A program made the translations under genes and the position numbers. This document shows, piece by piece, positions 34,354 to 47,800 of a stretch of 64,000 bases of DNA (position 1 is the stretch's first letter; every line of letters begins with the position of its first letter). The stretch lies in contig SMSO01000031.1 in assembly GCA_004764695.1 (NCBI GenBank), forward strand, positions 5,810,761 through 5,874,760, written 5' to 3'. Under the pieces are notes generated by a model, which saw only the letters and a list, made by a program, of their open reading frames with translations, was not told where the DNA came from and searched no databases. The DNA is from Schizochytrium sp. TIO01. Taxonomy: Eukaryota > Protista > Bigyra: Labyrinthulomycetes.

Positions 34354-35294
34354 TCTTCTCTTTCGATTTCTATGGACGCTATTTTGTACTGTCTTGGCCA
34401 TTTCCTATGATTAGCACTCAACAGAATAGCCGTGAGACCTTACATTGGAAGTGCACTGTCAAAATGGACGGCTACACAAACACACATAACCAAAGAAATT
34501 ATATGAACAAAACCTGGATCAATGATTGAGGAAACGCGATATTCAACCTTACTAGTTCCCTGCAACTTAAATCACATACTAAATAGAATATGAATCAGCC
34601 TACCTATGTGTTCATCTCGAAAGTTGCCCAATCGTTATTACAGCTTTTTAAATCTCATTCAAATTTAATTTCTAGCTTTTTAGTATCTTTTCAGGAAAGC
34701 TGATGTGAGTTGTCATTACACATTGTTAGATAATTTGACCTCCAGCTGCACCTCCCCTCTTCGCAGACCTGACGGCCATATCCCCAACCGCTTACATAAC
34801 CACACAAAATTAACCAAACTCTGCTGCACCATAGATGAGATCATCAGCAGATGTGCTGTACTTATGCAAATCGATAAGCAAGATTTGTACTAACACTTTA
34901 CAGAATTCATTCTTGTTACGATTTGTGCAAAGTAGGTCTTTTCTAGAGTCATTTTAAAATTCCAGCCAAGTGTAAACAGATTTCTAGCCAATACTACTGT
35001 ATGTGTTTTACCACGGGAACATTAAATCCCCACGGGCGTATCTTATATGCAACCTTGGATTTAATTAATCTCAAACTGAACACATTGAAACCAATATCAT
35101 TTGTCCATCCTTGAAGTTTGTCTAATCAGCTTTGTGCCAACCAATCTCGGAATTTGTATCCTACCTATAGAGAGTTAGCGCTCAACAAAAGAGATGCTGA
35201 AGAGCATCACCGGCAAGATAAGCGCAGAGATGCAGAAAAAGAAGAAATGAGAGATTTAAAGAAGGCAATGTAGATAGGGATATTGAGGTTAGTG

Positions 35295-37040
35295 ATGATA
35301 TCTCTGATCGAAGGAACTAGTGGGCGAAACAGTGTTTGAGTTCTTGGCATCCTTTCATAATAGCCGCATAGACATAGGGCTTACAAAAGAGCAGAACTAG
35401 ACAACCAGACTTACGTGGTTGAGAAGTCCAAGAACTAAAGTATGGCTACATATTTTCTAGAATCAAGTATGATGTAGCTCAAAATTGATGGTGGAAGATA
35501 TTGAATCAACCTCATCCTGTTCAATGAATCTAAATCAGTTCAAGAAAGTCTTAGCCTCCTAATGTCTGCATGAATTAGTGTGCCTTGGAATTCATTTTCT
35601 GTACAGGAGCTCGCTCACTCATTCTTAAAAGCAACCTTCTTAAAGTCTTCATAAAGACCCCTGCCTTGATCTTCAGAATCAAACCCCAGCTGACCAGATC
35701 TATCTTTCCACAGATAGGTGTACGTTGGCACAGTGCCAGTTGACATTCGATTGGGGAAGACTCAAACTCATCACATTTAAGAGGTACGTCACAAAGAAAC
35801 GTTCTATAAAGAAAGAGGGAAACGTGAAATTGCGATAGTCGTCTAAACATATGATGTGCAAATCTCAAAAAAATCCAAAGCTATGAACCTTGATTGTGTT
35901 CAATGGAGAAACAAAGATATGTAAGGAGCTGCAAGCAATAATGTGTCGCTGCGTCAAAGGCAGTTTAAGGGTGTGATGAAGCTGGAAAAGTGAGCTCCTG
36001 GCTTTATAGATGTATTTTTGAATAGTCTATAAAGAGCACACTATTCTCTTTCGATTGTTCTCCCTTCCATTTGTTTTGCAGCTCTAAGCATGCACAACTA
36101 ATTCAACCTCTACAAGCATCGATTCAAGTTACACCATGCTTGGATATAGGTAGTGTGTATTCACACTTCTGGTTCTCAAAGAGGTAAGCGTATGCTGGAA
36201 GCAGTCAAAATACAACTGCACTGACAGAATGTGATACTCCACTACGGGTTCTCATGGATCAAAGCTAGAGCGTTGCCCAAATACCTAAAATATAAATCAT
36301 GATTCGCCAGTTTATGAATAGCTAAAGCTTAAGCAAGCACCTAAACAAGGTCTCTCATTTCTCTAACTATTTCAAAAAATGATGATTATGCTGAGAAAAA
36401 TAGCGATTTCAGAATTTTAGGAGCTTCAAACATGACTAGGAACAAAGGCTAAGATACTATTTCCCATCCAGCTTTATCTCGAACTTAGACGTGAGAGTAG
36501 CGTAAAGTAAAATAAACAATACAGATGCGACTAATTTTGTTATGAAAAACACATTACCACTCTGTTAATGTATGCTGTCAGAGACGAGTAGCTGCTTTTA
36601 CACAAATTAAAGGTTCAAACTTCGCTAATATTGTTATAACTTCCAATTTATTGAGTAAAGATATTTTGTCTTTTAGCTTATAAATCCCTTTTTGATAGCA
36701 GTACTGAGAAGGAATTCAGATATTTTTTTGCGACATGACTTCGCAAGGTTAAGAGGAGCCCCTATCTGACGAAGAAACAATGTCCAAAGTGTCATGATGG
36801 CATGATGGGTGATGTATAACATTGCACCGGAATCAACCAGGGAATGAAGGGAATCAAGCAAGCATCGAGAGGAGTCTGCAAAGCAAAACCTGCAGGCAGA
36901 CTAGAAATACCAAAGCGACCAGAAGCGCTTGAATCTATCAAGCACATTCAACAAGATAACTTAGTCATAATACTAACTAACTACTACCATCTAAGACATT
37001 TCCCCAAATACCTCTAGGTAATCATAACCACGTCTCATTA
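35295..37040 (-). mobile_element. Second, inverted, interrupted copy of the 33395-34353 repeat family
   Basis: Reverse complement of 36701-37040 aligns to 33395-33728, and of 35295-35708 to 33739-34150. About 990 bp of other DNA separates the two pieces and contains a direct-orientation fragment (36099-36176, similar to 33937-34015). Confidence 0.7.
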
Positions 37041-37151
37041 AGCGGCATCTAGTTAAACGAAATTGAGACGAAATTTATTTAAATTTTCTTATTTAAAAAA
37101 ACGAAGAAGGAAATGAAACACTTTGCGCATGACTAATGGTCTATTAAAGTT

Positions 37152-39083
37152 TTACTCATCGCCGTAACCAGCTGATAAAGCATTCTGGATTGAGCAAGCC
37201 CAGCCCGTGTAGCCCGTAAAGCACTCACAAAGGCCTGTTTCACGATCACATAAGCCACGCCCAGAGCACTCCTCTTCCTCTGTCGTACCATCACCTCTTT
37301 GATAAACCATGTCGGTGCCTGCCGTTGTCACGGTCTCGTCAGAGGAATCATCGCCAGTGTATGCAGCGGACAAAAAGATATCGCAACGAGCTTCCGCTTC
37401 GTACCAGTAAACAGCAGAGATTGTTGGTGTGACATCTGCGAAGTTATCGATTTCTAGGAGGTCGCCACTTGAAAGCATCGCAGTCAAATCGGTATTTGAT
37501 TGAACAATGTAGCTTTGAAGCTCGACCGCAACAATGTTGCTAGTGCCGTCACAATCAGCCAAATCTTCAGCAACAGTGAACGCCGTCTCCGTACCTGAAA
37601 CGGTCGCCTGTACAGAAACTGTGAAAGTTCCGCGAAGCTTTCCACCACAGGTGATTTTCACTCGGGAGTTCTGGGGGAATTTCACTGCCTCTGTGTTGTC
37701 TAGGAGAGTAACAACCGAACTAGAAATATCACAGCCGTTACCAGCAGAACATGTCGAAGTTACTCCACTCGGGTATGAAAACTCCATCGTGATTCCATTT
37801 GCTTCGTTGATGCCGATTTCACGTAGACCACTTGAAGCAGAGCTTACAAGCGTAGTAGACCGCTGCCACTCCCTCGTACTGTCAACAATAACTTGCGAGG
37901 TATCAACAGTGATGGCATTCAGGTTTCCGTACTGGGAGGGGAACTCAATTTGCAAACGGAGAGACCACTGGTGCTCCACAAAATAACAAGTCATGTCATC
38001 AACAGTACCCATGGATGTATCTGCGGTAGCTTCGTAATCGAAAAAGGCTGATCCGTCCCAGTATAGGATGGCATCAGCAGCAGCTGAATCAGGACAACGA
38101 ACCAACGCGCCTGTCAAATCGTATGAAGTTGGACTAGTCGATGCCGAAGCTAAAAGACCGGATGATACTGCAACATTTCCTGTGATTGCCTTCTCCATGT
38201 AGCCAGCAGTAACGGTGACATCAGAGAGAACATCGTTCGGGAGGTTATTAAGGGCGTCGGCAATGTTGTCACTGATAGTTGTATCATAAGCGCTACTAAA
38301 AGGTGTAATTTCTACAGGGTCAGTGGTCCAGGTTTTCCCGTTATAGTCAGTGTAACGGAGACGAATCTGGCCAGAAAAGCTCAGGTCAGTTGAACCATCA
38401 CGATCGGTGTATATGTCAACCCATTGTTTCTCAGTGGTTTGGCCACGAGTGAGCGGGTCATCGCCGTAGCCACACTTTCGCTCAGAGCAATCCGGTCCAG
38501 CATACCCCGGGTCACAAACGCAGGAACGGGACATATCTTTATCCCAAAGGACGTATTCATAGGTACCCTTCTGCTGGGCAACAGTCTGGCAAGTGCCATG
38601 CCCATTGCAATCATTAGGGCAGCTTGAGCGCCTGCACCCAGCACCAGTGTATCCCTCAAAACACTCACATTGACCAGTAGAGCGATCGCAAACACCACGA
38701 TTTGCGCATTCCATGTAAAAATGACCTTCATCGATACCGGCAGTGTTGCCATAAGCTGGCCATTGCTCCCAGTAGCCGTTGGGCTCCATCTCAGTGATGA
38801 TATAGTCTAGACCCGAGGCTGAAAAGTAGTGGTCGGTGTCGTAAATAGTCACACCATTAACGTCACCATTTGAATCAATGTCACCGTTGGCATTAGTTGT
38901 CACCCACGCCCAGCTTTTAGGGCAAGCTTGCAGGGAACAGTCACCGCCAACCCAACCAACATAGCATGTGCAGGCATCATAAGCACCACACTGCCCATTA
39001 CCTGAGCAAGCATTTGGGCAAGCAGCATCAGACTTGTCAACTAAGGCTAGCAGGGCAACGGTAACCACACCCAAGAGTTTCAT
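37152..39083 (-). CDS. Tubular mastigoneme (flagellar hair) protein, Sig1/Ocm/Mas-type EGF-repeat secreted protein
   Basis: Signal peptide, then an N-terminal tenascin-type EGF cluster (CPNACSGNGQC..., EGHFYMECANRGVCDRSTGQCECF..., LWDKDMSRSCVCDPGY...C..GDDPL). A single C-terminal EGF ends ...CSIQNAL. Confidence 0.85.
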   Translation of the reverse strand: MKLLGVVTVALLALVDKSDAACPNACSGNGQCGAYDACTCYVGWVGGDCSLQACPKSWAWVTTNANGDIDSNGDVNGVTIYDTDHYFSASGLDYIITEMEPNGYWEQWPAYGNTAGIDEGHFYMECANRGVCDRSTGQCECFEGYTGAGCRRSSCPNDCNGHGTCQTVAQQKGTYEYVLWDKDMSRSCVCDPGYAGPDCSERKCGYGDDPLTRGQTTEKQWVDIYTDRDGSTDLSFSGQIRLRYTDYNGKTWTTDPVEITPFSSAYDTTISDNIADALNNLPNDVLSDVTVTAGYMEKAITGNVAVSSGLLASASTSPTSYDLTGALVRCPDSAAADAILYWDGSAFFDYEATADTSMGTVDDMTCYFVEHQWSLRLQIEFPSQYGNLNAITVDTSQVIVDSTREWQRSTTLVSSASSGLREIGINEANGITMEFSYPSGVTSTCSAGNGCDISSSVVTLLDNTEAVKFPQNSRVKITCGGKLRGTFTVSVQATVSGTETAFTVAEDLADCDGTSNIVAVELQSYIVQSNTDLTAMLSSGDLLEIDNFADVTPTISAVYWYEAEARCDIFLSAAYTGDDSSDETVTTAGTDMVYQRGDGTTEEEECSGRGLCDRETGLCECFTGYTGWACSIQNALSAGYGDE

Positions 39084-42015
39084 GGTCTTGAGGTAAGGCG
39101 CTCCGAGACGCCTTTTTCGCCAACGCTTTGTGTACGTGTGTAATGCGCTTCGAAAATACGAAACTCACCAGTTCCACTCTTTACAAGAAACAAGTGCTCG
39201 CCCAACTCGCGCGAGTAGGCGCAAGTTGAGTTTCAGGTTTGCAACGTTTCCCACGATGACAATTTGCTAATGCCGCGGCGTGCTACGATGAGTCTGATAC
39301 ATTCTTATAAAACTAAACAAAGAGAAAAATTAAATTAAATAAAGTGAGAAACAAGAGGAAGCATCTTCTTTCCTAAGAAGACAGAAACAATGAACCATTC
39401 TCTCCCCATCTATACAAGTAAACGTCAGTGGAGTGTGTGAGGGTACACACTGAGGATAATTTAAAGGGCGTACACTGAGTGTCTCATAGAGCTCATGAGA
39501 GGGGCCAACGGAAACAAAGAGAAAAAGAGGCTCAGAGATGGGGGGCGAGCAACTGATTAGAGGGAAGGAGAAGAGAGGAGGAGGGAAAGAAATGTTACCG
39601 TTGAACGGGAGAGATATTGTCTTTAATCCGTGTACATAAGCATTAATTTATGATATGAGGTGTACATCGTGTTCACCACTCTACTACTTCCCTTATGGAA
39701 TATAGAAACGAGTAATTAGGGCGGGCACAGCGAGAGGAGGGAAAGCAAGAAATGGTAGAACTTTGAAGAGAAGAGCAGGAGGTCGGTACTCTGATTATTG
39801 GGAAGAGGAGAATAAGTAGTGAGAAACGGGGGATGAGAGACAGGATGAGAGAGGAGAAAACCCAGAGCGGGGACCCATTTGGAGATGACTTTGCCATGGA
39901 TGCTCAGGACATCCTAGCTACCTGCCTTTGTGAGAATGGGTTAGGAAGAGCCTTATTTTGTAAACGGTACTAACGGTGACTCTAAATGTATGAAATAGTA
40001 CCGGTAAAAGAGACGTTGGTAAATTGAACATATCAAAGTCAAGTGACAGTTTCGTAGAACTGCCTGTTTCTCCAACCAGTGTTTTCAGTCAGAGGAACTC
40101 CCTCTGTTGTTCCGCTTCTTTCATCTGTAAAAACTCAACTTTCCAAAGTAAACATGCGGTTCATGAGATAACGTATTAAAATAGAGAAAACAACTCTTTT
40201 TTTTTTTCTTTTTTTTAACCAATGGAACTAATATGCAGCCTTGAAATAGTTTCATCTGGCAATCCAACTTGAGAAAGATAGAAAGATTTGCTCGTTGCTG
40301 ATCTACAGTCTACGTACCCACTTTAGCAGCGGAGAATGTGCAGAGTTAGTTCTGCCATCTTGAGAAAGAGGCCAAACGGACACCTTCATCAAATTGCTGT
40401 CTTCAACAAATTCTGTCTTCAGCAAGCAAAGCTTACATCGCGGTCGCCTTAACTAGAATGAAACTAACAGAACGATATAGTAGGGGACGTCTTCAGGTGT
40501 CTGTTATCTACACAAAGGCACGAATTTTACAATCATTATTTTTCGGAGGCTGAGGTTTCCCTGTCTAAAATAATATATCGATTCACTCAGAAATCCTGAG
40601 GAATCAAGAGCCTCTGTCATACCGCCCGCGTTGTTGTTATCCGGTGCGTTTGCCATGTTGAGCGATAGAGTGCTCGCAGCTCTGTTTCTTTATAGACACA
40701 GATTATAAACTGTCGTGAACCCTGCTTGATTGGAGAATTAGGCGTGGGGAGAGTGAGTTCGTGAGCGAGGGGCCAGCATTGAACGTGAACAAAGACGTTG
40801 CGTACATGGCAAATCTTTGAGATAACTAAGCTCGTGTGAGTAAGTTAAGTTAGCTCAGTGTAGGCTAAGAAGTCAAGGTTTGACTGATCGGGACGATCTG
40901 GGGGATTCTGGGTATGCTTTGCGTGTGGAGACTTTTCTTTCAAGGGTGTGTGATTTGCTTATTGGTACGATAGCGTGCACGATAGGAGAAAATCGTTATG
41001 CCAAAAAAAGTTTCGCTAGAAAAGTTTTTTTAATATTACTTTTTTTTTGTTTTAAGGTCGAAATAAAAGAACTTGAAAAGTTTTCTGGAGATGACATGGA
41101 AGGCGAATACATCAGGAAAGACAACTTGTGTAGAACTATCCTAGAGGGCCAGGTATGTAGTACTTTTACAACGCATATTCTTCCTTTCTCAATGTTCACC
41201 CGACACTCATGTACCAGATAGCACAATTTCGCACATGAGCAGAGCATTTGCGACTTAAGCATTCCTTCCCATTAGTAACACGCCAAGCAGCAAACGTTGG
41301 TTCTTTATTTAAAATTACACAATGGTATGACTGAGGAAATAGTTCGCGTTAGAAAAATAAAAGAAGATTCATGATGATTGAGTAAATCGCGACGTCTTCG
41401 TCTCTATCAATTCGAAGCTCAACTCTAAACAGTTTCATAAAGTATTGACTCGATAGAATAACAAATTACGTATCCATCGCACGCGCGATGCTTCTTAACT
41501 AGATAAAGTAACAAGGTTTTTCCCCTTAACATCCAGATATGGCCTGTAGGTAGTTGATATGTTCTGGATCCACCTCCAACAAAAGTCTAAAATGACCAAG
41601 GTTAAATTCATCGAATAGCCTACCATTGTAGAGATTTTTGTATAAAATTCCTTCCAACAAAGTTTGCTAGCTAAACCATACCTTCCAAACGGAAAGATCT
41701 TTGCCGAAAACTCTCTGCATGGTCGGCTAGTGTTCTTGAAAAGAAAAAGATTGTGAAGGGGCAAGCTCAACAACGTTTTTTCTTTTTACTATATTCTTAA
41801 CTTGCTATAATCAAGCGAATTTTGGTGAAGTATGGCCCTTAGCTCAAGCAACTATTGAACTAAATTATTATAAACGTAACGTTTTTAACTAAATACAAAT
41901 ATCTAAACCTTTGTTCCTCCTTTTCAAGAAGGGAAACTTTAATTATTACATCCTGCATGAAATATATTGATTCTAGTTACATTTAGAGGAAGCGGTCCGG
42001 TCCCTGTAAATATAT

Positions 42016-44013
42016 TCATGCAATTGAGCGGAGGTCATCTGGCTCTAACAAGGTTGGGATAGTTTGCAGGGCAGTTTGTAATAAGGCAAGAGCGTAACCA
42101 GCTTCGCTCGTAAGCAGGCTTTCAGCAACACTCTGCTCTAGATAATAACATAACGAGGCTAGGTTCTTTGGCCTTGACCAGATCGTTGCAAAACAAAAGA
42201 TTGGTAACAAATCGTCAGCACCAATGTCACTATTTTCCTGGCCAGCGCGTGAAATAGCCAAAGGAATTGTGCGCGAGGCGCGCACCAAGAGTCGGGCCTT
42301 GGTGGTTGGGCCAGTACCATACTCGGAAGTTGGGTCCCAGACATGAGAAAGAACATGAACTACCTCCGCATACGGCTGGGCACAGGACTCCAAAACGAAT
42401 GGATCGCTTGCTTGCAAACGCCGCAACAGCTCATGCGGGCTTGTCTCTTGCACAAGCCGATTCGTAGCAATGTAGATTTCGCGATCTTTTGCAGTGAACT
42501 TAGCAGATGCAGCAAATAAAGGCGCTATGACCCCGCGGTAGAGAGGCACGGCCACAGCTTCCTCTACAGCACATCGACAAACAAGGCTAGCCTTTTCATT
42601 TAAAGGACGATTACCCGGCTGTGCATTGAGCTGGCGTTCGCTCTCATCTGTGTTAAGCGTAGCAGATGCTAGTATCGGGAACTCTGTTATTATACATTGC
42701 GTGAGAATGCGAACCACGAGCACCACATCCGCAAGTGCAGCGTCTACGGCATTATCAGCTGAAGCATCAAGTTTAAAATGATAAAGGAGTACAAGAACGC
42801 GCACATAGCAAGCTGCAACGCGGCCTAGTTGGAAGCGTAGACGTCGGTCTTGTTCCAGCAAGTACAAGTGTGGAATGCCCTTTAGGATCTTCAGCGCTCG
42901 GTACAGCTCTTCGACATCGACTGTATCCTCGGATCCACGAAGGACAAGACTGAGAAAGGTGCGAATTTGCGTTTCGTCAATGCAAGCATCTAAGGATTGA
43001 GAAAACTCGCGAGAGATCATCTGCAATTTATCAAATGGATCTGTTGGATCTTCGGGGCGCTTTGGAAGCCCGAATACCACCAGTAACCCTTGTAGTGAGT
43101 CTGTTCGAAGCCCTGTCAATCTATCTTTGACGAAACGTTCGAGATCTTCATTAGAAACTTGCAAAACCCTACGACCCGACGTTTGCACCGAGAATCGGTC
43201 ATATATATCCTCTAAGAGGGTGTGTACGATCGCTTCTTCCGTCGGTGCTGAACGAGAAGGCCTCTGCCGAGCAACTTTCTCACGACGCTGAGCAATAGCA
43301 TCGGCAAACACCGCCGCCAGGGCTTGGTCCAAGCGAGACGAGGCCTCGTTAGCGTGTTTTTGCTGTAGCATGGCTTGAGCTGCATCGTTCTCCCTACGAA
43401 TTGCCCGCAATCGTTCATCTGTGCTCTGAGGTCGGTCCAATGCAGAAGATGCAGGTCTCACAGAGCTCCTGGGAGCTGCTGGCAAGCTTAAGCTGCTGAA
43501 GGAGTCCGCAGACATGGGTCTTCCTGCAAACGAAGACGGTCGTTCAGAGGGCTTTGATCCTGCAGAAGACGACCAGGGATGGGCTGGAGCTGGAGGCAAC
43601 GACGTAGCAGGAAGAGGAGCTGATGCTGGAGATTTAAAAGAGGATGAGGATTTTGTTGAAGATGATTTTGAAGACGCACACCAGCTTTTATCAAGACCCT
43701 GTGCGGGTCTTTCTGGCCTACGAGGAGGTCCGTCAAGAGAGACAGCCGCACGCTGCGTGGATACCTGCACGTGAGATGAAGTAGGCTTTGCAGAGGAATC
43801 TCTTGCATTCTTTGGAGGAATGGTCAATAGATGACGACGGAGGTCCTCTGAGAGTGGCACAGCAGTATGGGTCCCAGAGGACAGGTGAGAAGAGGATGAA
43901 GGCTCATAGAGGTCGTCGAAGAGCTCGGCCTCGAGATCCTCGGTGAACTCCATCGTAATGCAGATAGGTCTGCCTGGCACCTTTTTCATTCGGATTGATT
44001 TCGTCCGAGTCAT
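42016..44013 (-). CDS. VPS9-domain protein (Rab5-family GEF)
   Basis: C-terminal 'PTTKARLL...IGADDLLPIF...SEAGYALALLQTAL' and a Ser/Pro-rich disordered N-terminus. Confidence 0.88.
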   Translation of the reverse strand: MTRTKSIRMKKVPGRPICITMEFTEDLEAELFDDLYEPSSSSHLSSGTHTAVPLSEDLRRHLLTIPPKNARDSSAKPTSSHVQVSTQRAAVSLDGPPRRPERPAQGLDKSWCASSKSSSTKSSSSFKSPASAPLPATSLPPAPAHPWSSSAGSKPSERPSSFAGRPMSADSFSSLSLPAAPRSSVRPASSALDRPQSTDERLRAIRRENDAAQAMLQQKHANEASSRLDQALAAVFADAIAQRREKVARQRPSRSAPTEEAIVHTLLEDIYDRFSVQTSGRRVLQVSNEDLERFVKDRLTGLRTDSLQGLLVVFGLPKRPEDPTDPFDKLQMISREFSQSLDACIDETQIRTFLSLVLRGSEDTVDVEELYRALKILKGIPHLYLLEQDRRLRFQLGRVAACYVRVLVLLYHFKLDASADNAVDAALADVVLVVRILTQCIITEFPILASATLNTDESERQLNAQPGNRPLNEKASLVCRCAVEEAVAVPLYRGVIAPLFAASAKFTAKDREIYIATNRLVQETSPHELLRRLQASDPFVLESCAQPYAEVVHVLSHVWDPTSEYGTGPTTKARLLVRASRTIPLAISRAGQENSDIGADDLLPIFCFATIWSRPKNLASLCYYLEQSVAESLLTSEAGYALALLQTALQTIPTLLEPDDLRSIA

Positions 44014-44888
44014 TCACTTTGAGCCACGACTAGACTAATTCCTAACTACATTAGGTAGGGACTTTGTAAGTTCTAATTTTGCGTGTTATTATGCTATTTG
44101 TTATTTCTAATAAGGTAGGCACTATTTTAAATAATCATCGGACACATAATATCATGCACCTGTGTATTTAATTGCTTCTAGTCTTAAGTTTCTTTCTGTC
44201 AAATCTGAGCGTCCAGCTTCTTTACTCGCTATAGATGATACTGGCAATTTAACTTAACTTTACAAAACAATAAATTTGAAAGAAACAAAGGAAGTAAAGA
44301 TGGTATTGCAGTGCATGGGAAGTTGTTACGAGACATACGGAATGCCCTCCGGTTATCCACGTCAATATTGGAGCGATGCTGAAACAAGATTAAGAGCTTT
44401 TAATTAGTGACCAACCTGTCTTTCGAAAATCTAATCTCACTAGCATCTACTATTCTTATTATCACGGCTAGACCAGCGCTTAACATATAGACGAAAGAAT
44501 GGGAAAGATGAAAATAAATGGAGCCATCAAAGATAGATTCACTTGACATGAGTTTAGCTACTCAACACATTAGACAACACCACGTCTCTCTGAGACTCAT
44601 GGGGAATATTAATTCTGGAAGGCAAGCTCCGAGCCTATGTCTTTTAAGACTTTTATCCATGTTTACTACACTTTACTTCACCGAACTTCATTGAATCATA
44701 TGATCGAGCACACTGCATTTCAATTGAAGACCTCCACAATACGATTCAGGGTCTAGATACATATTGATGGGCGAACGCGGTTGCTTTTGAAAAAGAATGA
44801 TTGGAAAATAATGTATTCATTAATTTATCGGAAATAGCCGGTAGTGTGATGAAATCTTGAATTAACGGGAAACCTTGATGTATAATAC

Positions 44889-47800
44889 TCAGCGGTTCCT
44901 CTTCTTGGATGAGGGTCTTTCACAATCGTCACTATCCGTCACATCATCGTCATCGCTGCCATCGTTGCCATCGTTGCCATCGTTGCCATCGTTGCCATCG
45001 TCGTCATCTCTAAATCCAGCTCTACTATCCCGTACCTTTCGCGAGCGTTTTCCTTTATAGGTTTCAGCTTCAATATCCTTCTTTCGCAACACAGAGAGGA
45101 AGTGCGAGGAATATTTACTGAAATCAGAGACATTAAGGAAGATTCCCGACTTAGTTCTCCAGCGAAGATTCACATCAGTTACCTCGCACTTGAATCGATA
45201 TTTTGCTAAGAGCATATCAACGTTATTGAGAGCTGGGTTAGTTAGTACGTGTTCCCAGTTGTCTCCAATGAAGTCTTCACTTTTCTTCTGATACAGGATT
45301 CCTAAACTTTGCGAGTAAGCCTCAAAGATCCTCTCGCAGGAGTTGGTCTTATCCTTGAGCAACTTATGCGAAGCTTCCTCCAAAATCGCAATCGCTGCTT
45401 TAAAGTGCAGTTGCTCGTGAGATCTACGGCGATCTGGGTTTCCTTCGGCACGTGCGGCGAGAGTATTCCGTACGTTATTTGAGAGCTGGAAAACATGGTA
45501 TCGAACTTCGCTGCACACAAGTGCAAGCCTCTGGTACATACAGTTAATGTGCTCAAGATGAACAAAAGAAGAGAGCAAGACTTTTTTGTCCATCCATGCT
45601 GACATGTTGCAAATGAACAATTGCCATGTATCAAAAACATTGTTTACCAGCTGGAGCAGATCAGAACTATTAAATTCCTTCAGATCTGTTGCCGCATCTA
45701 GGAGCATAGATGCATCAGGCACCACGCCAGTATCCCATGGATTCCTTGTTGATTCTTGGTCGTCAATGTCTTCATTGACACAGGAATTGTCTTGCATATA
45801 GCTGTCGTCAATAGCAAATCGCTGAATAAGCTGACGGAGATCCTCCACCACACCAGATGAGCCATCCAGTGTCTGCTTTGCATCTTTATGTGCTACGCTT
45901 GACGTTTGATTGTCACCATGCGACTGGCTGCTCACCATTTCACGCTCTCCTTTAACGATAGTCAAAGACTCCAATTTTTCCAACATGGAACTAAGTTGCG
46001 TCTTGATCTCATCTGAGTTAGGTTTTCGGATTTTCTTTGACATGCCCCCAGAAAGAGAAGCATTTGACTGAGACTTTAAGTCTGCAACCCTCCTTACTTT
46101 AATCTCTTCTTCATGGGCCTTTGTCCGCTCTTTCAGGACGTCAAGCTTTTCTTGGAACGAAAGGTTAGCCTCTGTAAGGTCTTCCATATGTTGTTGGTCC
46201 ATAACGACCCCATTCGACCTCTTAAGCAATAGTGTTGTCTTGAGAGCATATTCCACAGCACTCGTTTCTTTCAAAAGTGACGATACTGGCTCAACGAAAG
46301 GATTAGTACAACTTTCAGCTGAGCAATTACACTCACAAGTACAGAACCAAAGAACTTTGGCGCGAAGGTCACAAATACATGCATTAAGATAGGAGACGTC
46401 CTGGAGACGAGGAGATGCAGCAGCATCAGCAGTATACACCTTTCCCCATTCTTTCCAAAGGTATAAGAGTCGCTCACTGAATAGAAACTCTGCATCTCTC
46501 TTCAAGTCACAGCATGTAGTGACAACACCTACTCTCTTTTGTTGTGTATCTTGAGCATCATTAAGTAGTAGCATGCCATCTTGGGTTTTAATGTTCCTTT
46601 GAATATTACTATAGGCAGACGGCGAGTTCAACTTGGGAGTAGCGTTTTGAATCATTTCCAGCTCGTCACTAGACAGCATGAGGGGTAGCAAGTGGTCCCG
46701 CGGCCCCGAATCCAAAACCACGTCTAAAGGAGCTGCTGACTTATGAAAAGTCCCTGAACTAGGATTTTCTGCTTCCAGTGGCTGAGGTTCAACGTTCTTA
46801 CCGTCAATTGGTAGCAAGCTATAACTCGTCGTGAAAGATTCAACCGGGTAATTTGCATCATTGAGAGAGCACTCAAGCTTCGCAATTTTACTTTCAAGCT
46901 TCGCAATGTCGTTTTCGCGTGACTCAACGTCTCTTTGCAGGCAACCCAACTTTGACTTCAGCTTTAAAAGGTCTTTTGCTGTATTTTGTGTGATCTGATC
47001 GAGTTTGTCATCTACCTCCACCAGTTCATCATTGGTTTCTTGAAGCTTACTTGAGCACGCATCTTCTTCCTCAGACTGTTCAACAAGCTGCATTTCCTCG
47101 TGCTGAAATATGCCTGGTTTATGTATAAGCTTGTCTGAGGTAGCAGCAAGATCAGCTAGACATTTTGCAATTTTTTTTAACTCTGCCACGGCGGAATTTT
47201 TCTGAGATGTCAAAGCTGCGTTGGTTTCATCATTCTGCTTGAGCGTAACTGCTGCAGCAGATAATTTTTCATTCTGATTTGCAATCCTCTCGTTGAGATC
47301 TTTAACCGTAGCAGCGTTTGCATCTTGGTATTCTTTACTCTGAGCTTTCAAATCTACAATAGCACTGACCTTCTCCTTGATTGTAGTATCTGCATCAGTT
47401 AAGTGTTGATTGAGTTCTGCGATTTGTGTATCATATTCGTTTTGGAATTGTTTAATCTTAGAATTCCAATCTGCAACCATTTTGTTATGTTCCTCGGCTG
47501 TAGTATCTGCATCAGACAGTTGCTGCTTGAGACTTGCAATCTGTCGGTCAAGTTCTTCAATCTTCGAAGCATTCGCCTTTTGGGTTTCTGAAGCTTCAGC
47601 ACATAAAGCTGTAATAGAGTCGTCCTTCTGTTTGAGTGCTTCTGTTGCATCAGACAATTTATGATTGAAACTTGCAATCTGTTGGTTAAATTCTTCAATC
47701 TTCGAAGCATTCGCCTTTTGGGTTTCTGAAGCTTCAGCACGTAAAGCTGTAATAGAGTCGTCCTTCTGTTTGAGTGCTTCTGCTGCATCAGACAATTTAT

